64,000 nt of DNA from Perna viridis (taxonomy: Eukaryota). This document shows positions 37,031 to 48,800 of the stretch, in pieces. Within the stretch, counting starts at the first letter, position 1, and the number at the start of each line of letters is the position of its first letter. The position numbers were made by a program, and so were the translations under genes. The notes under the pieces were generated by a model, which searched no databases, was not told where the DNA came from, and saw only the letters and a list, made by a program, of their open reading frames with translations. The stretch is from contig CM074512.1 in assembly GCA_037379345.1 (NCBI GenBank), positions 46,831,597 to 46,895,596 on the forward strand, given 5' to 3'.

Positions 37031-40000
37031 ATGATATATCGACAGATGGAAAATGGACTGTTTTTTCTTTGGACTATGTTTTATATCGGACTAATAACAG
37101 TAGAAGCTGTAAAGAAAGAGAACAGGTGCATGCGCCACTATTTTGTTGCTACAATAAAACATCCATCAAAAGATTGTGAAACGAAGGTAAGATAGTTCAG
37201 ACTATTTCATAATATAAAAAAAACTAATGAGATTTTTAAACAAGTTTTTCGTTATAATACACTCTCTTATCATTGTAATATCTAAAATTTAATTTATCCA
37301 CTTTTTCCAATAATCCTTGTACGCGAGTGATAACGTCATTGCAAGAAATCCATAAACTTATTATTAATGTAACACAGTATACCGGAAAAAAAGTTCCAGT
37401 ATGTGGCTCTTTTGTGCTTTGTATATAAATATATATATATACACGTTTTGTTGTACGCGTGTTGTAAAGAGTAATCAAGTTAGGAAACCAAGATTCTATC
37501 GGAAATCAAAAGAATGCAATCCTGGGACAAAAACCAGACAGAGAAAACAGGCAGGCACAACAAGGAACATAAAATAACCAAAATAATACATACAAAGAAA
37601 AAGTAATCGCTACTGCACTACAAACTGGGAGCAAGTACCGAGTGCACCGGGAGAGTAAGCTTCCTGGTGTCACAGTGTTGTCTAAGAATTTCCTTCGTTT
37701 GCACCTTTGATATTTTTTCACATAATATTATACAAATTAAATGTTTCGGTAAAAACATAGTCTAAACGGGTGGATCCAGACATGTTGAAAAGGGGGTTGA
37801 TGGGACATAAATTGCCATTTTTTTGGTCCATTTTACACATAAAAATGAAAAAATTTCAACAAAAGGGGAGAGGGGGTGCCAAACCCCTCAGAATCCCCCA
37901 CTGGAAAATACATGTAAGTATAAGCCATTATTAGTAAGGGACAAAACTCCTTGGTGGGGAGTTCCCAGTTGTTCCCAAATGTAAGTTAAAGAAGATTCAT
38001 TTTATGTACTTCTCTTTTTGTCTCTAGTTAAGTACAATGCAAATGGATCCCAATGTCATCTCATACTGTAATCACTTTATGCAGCATTTAAATGCTCTAC
38101 CTTACATTTTTTGGTGCATATGAACATACAAGTTGATTTCATACAGCGGATTAAGTCTTTAAGGATTCATGAATCTAAATACTTCAATAAACTTAGTTGA
38201 TATACTAAATTACTTGAACAAGATATATTTTAATCCTTCATGTTTTAAGGGAAAATGAGGGAAATGATATTTAGACACTTGTAGTTTTTAGAACTCGATC
38301 GTGATAATTGTTTCCATGTCCCATTTTATCATTTGCGTGGTAAATGTTCTTTCTTCACTATAAACACCCACTTCGTTACGACGTTTCCTTTTTAACAAAT
38401 AACCGTTATCATGATTCAATAACAAGAATACTATACTAGGCTTTATGTTCTTCTCGGATGACATGAATAATGAAACAGCAAAATGCTAACACTATTGGTT
38501 ACTTTAATCGGAGCTTGTTAAAAGGCTATCTTTAGTACTCTCAAAGCATAAATGCCACCAGTTGCAGGAAATCAAGTCTCCAGTCGTAACATAGATTGCA
38601 ATTCTATCGAATAAATAGAACTTAAAAAGACGATAATAATCAAGCACAAAATATCGTTTAGCATCTGATGTTTTCATAGTTTACGATAAAGCTTTAATGA
38701 TGGGGTAACACAATTGGGTGTTGTCGCGACAATTGTGATCTAATTAAGACTTTTATACTGTATTTAACTTTTGATCTAAATTCGCAACACATTAAGCTGT
38801 TGGATTTTGGCATGTTGTTATATTTGAAACAAAATACAAATGATTCTTTAATCCAAACTCTCTCAGACAACACGCGTTGTGAATTATTAGAAAACTGAAA
38901 AACTGCTGTGATAATAACTATCGTAAAGTATTCATTCATACCCAGACTGATTCACTTATACCCAATTATCGTTCATATCTAGTAAATCATTTATTTAACA
39001 GTATTATCTACAGTGGGCAATGTGCTTTTTTCCTATTCAAAACGAGGTTAATCTACTTGACGTCATCACCTTACCGGTGCGTTGTCCCACAAAATCGAGT
39101 GCACCCCTATTAATGCCATTCATCCAAACTTTTGCTTCCAATTGACCGTTTTATAAGCTGTTAAAAGCGTCTGTTTGGCTTGATGGTAGGCAATAAAGCA
39201 CTTGCTTGAATAAAATCAATGAGTATTCGAATACTTGATATATCAACAACGCAAAGGCGTTTTGCAAAATATTGAGTGCATGTTTACCTTATGTTGTTGT
39301 AAAAGTTGCGATCGCTGTTCATCCAGAACTGACTTTGTTTCAATGTATAGTCTATAGCAAGGATTTTTATAGTCTTCTATGAAAATCTTTGTTTAAAGAC
39401 CAATATGTGAAAGTGTACCTTTTATATGTGATTAGTTAAACCTTGGCCTCCTAAGTGGAAAGAAACTAAAACAGTTTTACTTGTAGTAAATTTAGGTCAA
39501 GGTTACTTTACTTTAATTTGGTTGTTTGAAAATTGGAGCATGTGCATCTTTAGGAGCCAGACTTTCAACTTTATCTAATGTTTTACCGGAAAATTAGAAA
39601 AGTAAAAGAAAATACATACATTTTGGATTAAGTCTGAAGACATTATTTTCGCATTCTTAAAATATTCAAAAAGTTAAGACAATTGGTTTTGTTGTAATTA
39701 CATGTTCCCACTTATGAAATCATAACACACTGCGTGGATGATGAGCTCCACTTTCTTACATAAACTTTTTCATTTTTAGTCTATTGAGAATTTTTAACCG
39801 ACTTGTGATAAAACAACAACAAAACAAGCTGGAGGCCAATGAGGAGCAACAAACAGCAAAAGCATTATTTGCAGTCCAGGGTACTTTTTTTAAGAAAGGT
39901 GGAATCCAGAGTCTGAGTCTTGACTATAGAAAAACACTGCTCATTACAGCTTAAATGAACGCGCTAGTTCTCTCTTAAATTATTTTTTTAAGATCTTGCT

Positions 40001-40260
40001 TTAGCAGTAACATTTTGTATTTTCAGAATATATTGTTGGCACGATGTGAAGGACACTGTAGAAAGTCAAGGACAGACCCTCATATATCATTTTCTCCTGT
40101 GTTATACACTCCATTTAGATATACTTGTATGTGCTGTAGACAGGCATTATCAATTATGAAAGCAGTACGTTTGGATTGCAAGGATGGGGGAAATTTTTAT
40201 GCAACGTATAGATATATCCTACGATGTAGGTGTCGCCATTGTTCTAACAAGTGGAGATGA
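37031..40260 (+). CDS. NDP: Norrin-like secreted cystine-knot protein
   Basis: Exon 37031 (or in-frame ATG 37046)-37186: MIYRQMENGLFFLWTMFYIGLITVEAVKKENRCMRHYFVATIKHPSKDCETK (signal-peptide-like start). Exon 40027-40260: NILLARCEGHCRKSRTDPHISFSPVLYTPFRYTCMCCRQALSIMKAVRLDCKDGGNFYATYRYILRCRCRHCSNKWR. Shares the human Norrin motifs CMRH, LLARCEGHC, PFR..C.CCR and ATYRYIL.C.C..C. AATAAA at about 40615. Confidence 0.92.
37466..37674 (-). mobile_element. Diverged 3' fragment of a Penelope-like element in the Norrin intron
   Basis: The reverse complement has gcttactctcccggtgcac...ctcccagtttg...tgtcccaggattgcattctttt...ttgattactct. GTGTTGT occurs on both sides (37459-37465 and 37675-37681), a possible TSD. 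Confidence 0.65.
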
Positions 40261-42867
40261 TCATTCATCAAGGATACACAAGAAAGAAGGCCAAAAAGGG
40301 AAACAAAATTTTTCGTGGATTACAAACTTTCTTTGTTTCACCTGTTTTATGTTCAGAGAATTTCATTCTAACTTTTTAACATGATTTTACCACTAGATTC
40401 TACGAATTTTTTTCTCCTAACCCATATCAATATGGGATGTTACTGTTGGATTTATTTTCAGAGAATGTTTCAACTTTAATCATGAATCAGGCAATCAATT
40501 CATTACATTTATTGACTTACATGTTTAGTATTAATGTAATACATGACTGTGATATATACATGACTCTTACATGTACATGTATAGACAGAATCAGTTATGT
40601 TTTTAAAGTCTATAAATAAATGTTTTACTGTATATAAACTTTCAACCAGTTTAAAAGCACGTTTGTCAACAAAACGCCTAGTTCTTGCTATAATCTTTAG
40701 TTTTTGAAAAACTTCGAACCTAACAATGATCCATCATTGTAAAGTGGTATTATATGTACATTTTTTGCAATGAATTCTGGAATTTTGAAAATAGAATGGG
40801 GATCAGAAAAAAAGGACTGGTGGTAAAATTACAGGCAATTATTTGCTCATTTTTTACCCCAATTTTGTATAAATTTAAATTTTTCCGACAACTGGGGGAG
40901 AGGGCCCCAAACAAAAACTAGAACTGTATACTTTGGAAAAGAGAAGAATCTTCTACTTGGAGTCAATACTGGAAAGTTGTAAGTAAAGGGGACATCATTT
41001 CTTTGTTTGCAGAGTTTTGATTTTGTGGATTTCACTCAAAGTTCTGGTTGTAATTAACCTCTACACACACAAGTTGGATACTAGCTTTATTTTATGGAAA
41101 GTTTAAGTTCATTCTCTATAAAAAAATCAGGCAGTGGGTGAAATACTGTATATAATAACCCACCACTTTGACAACCATTCAGAGGCTCAATTTTTTAACA
41201 TTCAAATGCAAACTTTTTATAAATGTACAGTGATGCAGAGACCAAATAGTGGTCATTTAAAATAGAGGTGTCCTTCAAATGAATGAAAGTTTTTGTAGTA
41301 AAATTTGTACCTTTTTGACATGCATGTCTCACTTTTTTCCATTTTGTCTGATTCTTACTAAGATGTACTTACTTAAGATATCCTTTTTCAATTAGAATTT
41401 AATGAAATCACTAGAAAAACAACTAATTGAGGAAGTGTATGTTTTTCATATTTTTTAATATCTGAAAGATCTTAAAAGAATTCTCATAAGCTTTATACAG
41501 CTATCAATATTGTTTCAGCTGATTAAAGACATGGGGTAAATGTGTATTGGATAGACAGATATGAAAGCATGTCATTTTTATTTGTACATGTAAAAATCAT
41601 AATGATCATAACATCAAATTCAAAAGTTCATTCTTATACAAGTCCATTCTTGGCTATGACAAAAGATAGCTTCATGTTTAGAAAGTTATTATCTATCACA
41701 ATTTGTTGACATGGATCCATGTGTTAGGAAGGTGATATTAACCAGTTCTACAACAAAATATATGATAAAACAAATTAACTCAGCTTTATAGTATCCTGGC
41801 AAAAAAAAATGGACCACCTTATTACCTTCCAAAAGACATACAATGTAATATATGCCATTTAGCATATTATATTATTATCTGTTTCGACAATTTTATTAAA
41901 TAAAGCAACCAGAAAATTGTGGTTCAAGGGCAGTAATTATAATAAGTGAATAATTTATAACAGAGACCTAATTGTATGATGTGTGGTACAAATTGAAACA
42001 AAGCAGACTTATGGCAGCTCATTTACAAGTATCTGCTTGTATAATTTTGCAATAATGTATAGTGTATGTAATTACTTCATAGGTTTCACATTGGTGATTT
42101 TTTATAAATTCTAAATTGTGTTTTAAAAATATATTCAATATTGAGTACCTAACAAAACCTTGTGGAAACAAGCAAACAGTATATCTTTGTATATAACTTT
42201 AAGGTTCAAGGGGTGATTCCACTGAATTCTATGGTCTAAAATAAAAATTATTAGTCCAGAAAGAAAAAATTTAAATCTCAACGAAACTGTTAACCAACCT
42301 TCAAAACAATTGTTACAAATGCTTCTAAGATGTTTGAAGTAAATTCTACAAGGTGATATGAAATGACATATATAATTTTGACACCCACTTAATTAATGAA
42401 GTCCCATAACACTGACATCAAATCTTGAATTTTCTGCAAAAAGTCACAGATCATTAGACCATCATAAAAAATAACTGTGTAGAGTTTGAAGTAGATTAAA
42501 CCAGGCATCCTTAAGAGAAGGTGTGACATGTTTGTGAGGGATGGACAGATAGATAGAAAGGTATTTTTATACCATAATATGAATCACGGTCTGTCTTTGA
42601 AAGGGGTATATTTAATAAAATTATTTATAAAAGAAACTAAACTTTGGATTTTTTTCTTCTGTTCAAACAAAAATGTCTCTTCAAACATTTGGATGCACTC
42701 AAAACAATAAAAATTCTATATATATATTCAAAACATAAAACTGTCTTCAATAAACTGAGTTGAACAGCTCAAGTTCAGTATAATATACAGAATGTACAAT
42801 GAAAATTTGAGAATTTTTTTTGTTTTTTGTTTATCAGAAGAATCTTACCTAAGTATCGACTAATATC

Positions 42868-45800
42868 TCAGAATATCAACCCTCTCATTCTATGCCCTGT
42901 TCCTTGTCTGTTGTGCATCATATTAAACTTAGTCACAAACTGTAATAAATGAATACACATTACCAGTACAGTGTACTTACTGGTACTTAATGATTTGGTT
43001 GATTTTAGTGGAAGATGAATGTATGATTTTCTCAAGAGTACAGATGTGGATATGGGAAGGACAATTGCAAAAATATAGGATATGTAAATTGAAAAATTAT
43101 CATTTGTTCAGTGGTTTTTTTTTGTATGGGCAGTGTCTGAATTTTATATAGACTGGTACTTTAATATATGTTATAAATTTATATAAAATTTAACATTAAA
43201 CAAAAAGCAGTCCACCACCAGAAAAGTTTCAATGATTTTTATCATAACAAGTAGTTATCAATGAGAAATATTCCTCAAGGTCAGATGAAATTTTCTGTGC
43301 TTCATTCATTCTAATTGCATGACAAATAATTTCTGAGAAAAGATTCATCTGGTACCACATTAGTAGATGACAAAATAATTTATCAAATTACAAATTTAAA
43401 AGATTTTGACAAAATAAACAGCTGAATTTTAGAGAAAACAATACTGTAAGAGTAAGTACAATTGATCTATGCATGATAAAGCCATTGTAGTTGCATGGCA
43501 ATTCTCCTATAGTAATAACATTAACAGAGGGTACTTCATCCCCACTATCCTCCCCCTAGACTTTTGTCTACCTATCCTTTTCATTTTACCCCTGGTTATT
43601 ACTCCCAACCATAATCCGTGCTTCCCCTATTTTTCACTCCAAGTTCCCCTCCCCTTCAACCAACATTCCCTATTCCCTCCACCACTGTTCCCCACCCCTT
43701 CAACCACCTATTTCCATCTCCTTAACCCCAATATCTCCATATCCACCCTCCAATCTCTTATTTTTAACATGTACTACTTATTCCTACATCTATATAATGG
43801 AAACTATAACCAGTAAGTCATTAGTTGTCTACATTACAGTATACAAAGCCTGATTGTCAAAATCAATATTACTGTACTTATTCTTGAAAATGAAAATAAT
43901 GATTTTGAAATAGAAGGTACTAAATTCTCAAAAAGACAACTAAACCAATGTACAATTGAATTAATGTACATAATATGGCTTGTGTTAGCTACTTCTACAA
44001 TCTTGTTGCAAACGTTATTGTCTCCTTAAGTTTATACACTAAGCTAACCTGATTCATAGTATTACATCCCTTTGTCAATGTTCCCAAGTAAGCCATTAAA
44101 CATACATCATTACATTGCTGAAAATAGACAAAGGAAATAGTAAATTAAAAAATAGACAAAGGAAATAGTAAATTAAAAAAAAATTACAAAACAATTTAAC
44201 GCACTAAACATAAATTAAGGTCTGTAAAACCAACTTGATTTTGCCTATATTTATTCTCGTGTACTGATAAATTAGTTTTCTCTTCTGTTTATTTTTGTGA
44301 CTAAAACATTCCATGATGAAGAGACTTATACGTGGCAATAAATTTTCATGATTTATTCTTACTCATGATTTTGGCAAAATATAAATTACTGAATTAAAGC
44401 TCGTTTAGAGTACTTTCATGTGTGCATGTTTTAAATCAATATTCCCTTAATAAAAATGTTCAGTCTACTTTTACATACACTGCTTCTGCAGCCTATAAAC
44501 ATACATTGTAATATACATTTTTTTCTTACTCAAATATGCAAAAAGAGGATATTAAATTCAAAATTTAAAACCTGTATTTCCCCATGACAACATCTTTTCT
44601 TTTGTACCTTAGTCCCACTTATAATACTTGTTTGTATTATTGACCACAAGTTAATATGCAGTTGTACAATGAACCATTATAATAATCTTTATAACACAAA
44701 ACAACCCATAAGTGACGTGAACATTATAATATTTAAATATTGCTTTTACAGTAAAAATCAAATTATCTCCCTTTACTGATAAACTGCACTGTATTAAGGC
44801 AGTAAACTATAGTTGTATTGAAACTGAATTCAAATTGGGTTGAATAGTTTTGACATTTGGTTTGTAAAGTGAGATAAATACTTGTAAAAGGCCTAAATCT
44901 AGTTCTGAAGTTACCCAAAAATGAACTGACTAACTCAAAAGAAACTATGATAAAAACATGTATTAGGATTGTACAAGTAGGTTTTGCCTTAAATCATTAC
45001 TGCCATAGAACTGTCAATGAAAACTATTAAAACCAACACAAATTGGAGCAGACAAAGTGTGTCATATTGACAAGTTATTAAATAACTGATAGATGTGACA
45101 ATTTTATAACCCACAAAAAGTGTCAAGTTATACAAGATTCTGGAAAACTCAGGTGCACCTATAAATCACACTTACATTATAAAAATCTTCTTTAAAATGA
45201 GGTGTATTTAATACAGGTAATCTGTAACACAAACTGTAGGCCTCTCTCAGTATATCATGATTCTTTGGGATTTCACCTAAAAATAACATGATACACGTGT
45301 TATCTTATTTATCATTTATATTCATCTCATTAATGTACATTAACCGATAAATGCATTGTTCATGCATGTATTTATAGATTTATACATTCTAATCTAATTT
45401 ATTTTGACAAGTCATACATATTCTAAAAGAAGCTAAATAGTTCATTTCTGACCCTTTTTGAATCTGCTTATGAACAAAACAATTGAGTTTATTACCATCA
45501 GGTGTTTAGATACCCTATTTCAGAACAAGAACATCTGATCAATCAGTAAAGCCATGCTTTTTTACTATATTGAAACCTGGGATAATTTTCTTCCGCATTT
45601 TAGCAGATTTCCACTATTTCAAATCTGGATTTTACCATAAGGATTCTTGTTTTTACAGTGTATTTACATCGGATTTTGCCAATTTCCACTTTGTTTGTTG
45701 ACCTCATAAAATCATCCCTGTGAAACTCTCTACAGAGTTTGTTTAGCATGTCAAACAACAGAAATGATATCCAAAAGTAAAGCACATTATTCTGACACAT

Positions 45801-48800
45801 TACTCTGACATATAACTCTAACACATTACTCTGAAATCACTCTGACTTTGCTCAGACACATTACCTGATTTAAAGCACTTGGTGGTGAAGCATCAAAACC
45901 TAATCTTCAGGGTTTTTAATTGACACCATCAAAATGAGGAATCTTATCAGCTTGATATGAACAGGCAGACAAACAGACCAAAAACATTCTTATAATAAAT
46001 TTAGAGTAGGATATATATACACTGATGGTTTACATATCCATCTATCTTCATGATGGTATCAACGATATGGAAGCTTGTTACCTATTAAGATGGATTTTAC
46101 TTATTCATCATTAAATTCATCATGCTAAAATTTTCCAGCTAGAAATCTGTGTCATGTCAATATTACTTATGGTCGAATTAAAAAGATAGCCATACCAGCT
46201 TCTACTGCCTTTATATACTGTAATATTATTTTGACTCTGCTGTGTAACATCTTTATAGAACTGTGTTGTGCTATTAAATGTTCTGCAACTGGAAGATAAT
46301 ATAAAATAATCTCATCTTTATAGAAGAGAATCTAATTTTGAATTAATTTACAGTTCATTTTAAATTCTACAAAAATTGCTAGTAACTGCCTATATAAAAA
46401 ATGTACCAAATGTGGCAAATTTGACTAATTTATGTTTTTATGTCAATTTTGATCAAAAACTGGCAATTCACCTTATACTTAACATCGCCTTATAAGTTGA
46501 AAAACATGGATACTGTTTCTCCATTGCACAAAATTCAAAATTATACTCTAGTCTTACATGGCAAAGTTATAAGAAAGGCACATGATAATTTCTTAATTGA
46601 TAGAGATACTGCCAATGAACAACCCTTAACATTAATGATATAATTATTACCTGTAGAACTTTCTGAAGATTCTGATGTTGACATTCTCGCTACATGGTCT
46701 ACACCAATCCTTTCTGCCTCCTCTGTTGCTAATGTATAGCTTAGTTCGACAAATAACATGGTAGCCTACAAAACAATTACAATTTTGTCAAAGATTATAA
46801 TTTCTTTCCATAAAACATCAGATATGGTATACGAATAAAACACTTATTTTGTTGACATCATCATAAACTTATTATGGTGTGTTCATCTCAACATGAGCAT
46901 ATTTATTCCATCATAGTTTTTCTCTTTCACTTTCGTTCAATATTTAGGTGTTTTTAGGCAAACAAAGGGTCTATTGGTGTAGTTGGTCCTAAGCTCACAG
47001 TGTTATGCTGATGCACTTGTGACTCAATAGGTTTTAGTCTTATGTGTGTTTTTCATCTGGTTTTAGTTAATTGTTTTGTTAATTCTGTATCTCTTTTGTC
47101 CTTTTAATTTATTATAAGTTTCCAATGCCACTTTAAGCATAGTGACGAGTGATTTCACTGACAAAATTAGCACAAGTTTTCATAATTCACTTATTACTGT
47201 AATTACAGTAGTACCTGAAGTCCTTTTCACAAAAAATCGTAAGTGTAAAATTAGTCGTAAGTTATGATGTCATAATAGAGTTCAGTATTGTGATGTCACA
47301 ACTTACAACTAATTTTACTCTTGCGATTTTTTGTGAAAAGGGCCACTGGTCTTGTATGAGAAATGGAAGCAGAAATAAGTGTTTCGGGTAAATTGACAAC
47401 AACATTTGCAATCAATCATGACATTTTTAAAATAAGCATTGAATATCATACAAATTCATTTCAGCACAAAATGTGGTTATACATGTACCAGTATATAACT
47501 TCTTATATTGTAACAAATAGATTATCAGTATTTTTCAATGAAGTAAAATGACAGTATTTACAGCATGAGCTTTAGGGAGACACTCCATGAGTTATAGTGT
47601 GAGACACTCTATCTCTAATTTCTAAAAACAGTAAATTTTACAATTTAAGTTCAAATTCTCCCAACCTTTGTGTGATATTATAAAGCAAAACAACATGTAT
47701 ACATGATCTTAGAATGGAATTCATCTGAACAATGTACTCACATGTGAGATTATTTTTAAGGATTATTAAAAACTGTGTAAAATTTTTGACAGGATTATGC
47801 AAAATAACCACCTTTTGGATAGTTAACACTTCATGAACCACAAAGGGGTTTAAAGACAAGCATAAACTGACCCAAAGTTGGTTATGTGAGTATAACTTGG
47901 ACAAAAATCAAAAACAATCCCTATAATTCAATTGCTAATTGATTAAAGTCAAAATTAAGATTCGTCCCTCCATAAAAGCCTTATTTAGTTTGCATTATTT
48001 GAACAACAGACTGAGGACTGATCGACTTTAATGGCGTCAAAGTACATTAGTTCATGGAAAATAAACTATCATGTCCAGATGAAAAATAAACAATCAAATT
48101 AAATTATAAGTATTTACACAATGAATCAAGTGATTGATAAATTCAATGGAAGCCTGCTCAAAGGTGCATTAATACTTGTTGAAGACCTTCTGGTGACATC
48201 TGCAGGTATTTACTGTTTTGGATTTAAGTTATACACTAATGCATTTTTTTGTGTTCCCCTTTTTTTTTAAATACCTCATTATTAACTAAGTCAATCACAG
48301 ATTCATAAATAGAGATTGGCATCAGCTGGAAAATAAAATCACATGTTATCGTGTATGACAAAATAAGTATTACAATCAAAATAAACAATGTTTCTTTACC
48401 AAATAGGAGATATTATGTTAGTGCATGTATCGCATCATTTCTGACATTTAATTGTTACCTAAAAAATTGTTTTCCCTTCCAGTTCTAAAAGTGATTATTT
48501 GCTGAAATTTTAAACAAAGCAGTTTAGAGCAAAATTGCCACAATTACTAATCACAGCCTACTGGTAAGTGAGTAATTCAATAATATGAACAAAAGATACC
48601 GTGAATGAAAAAAAATATTCAAAATTAATTCATGAATGCATGCACTTTACCATAAATTACCGTAAGTACTTACATCTGTCTTCCTAGCAAGAGGGTTCAT
48701 TTTAACAAACAATGGACTTTCATTTATTTGTACTATCTACAATAAAAAAAACAGCACAATACAGTTGGTTTAAGTTAAAAAAACAGGACAGGTCAGAACT

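Noticed and set aside
46021-46082. Poison exon in COPS6 intron 7 (tag|GT AAC ... TGA)
   Set aside because: Weak acceptor, no convincing donor and no transcript evidence; the canonical next exon is at 45276.
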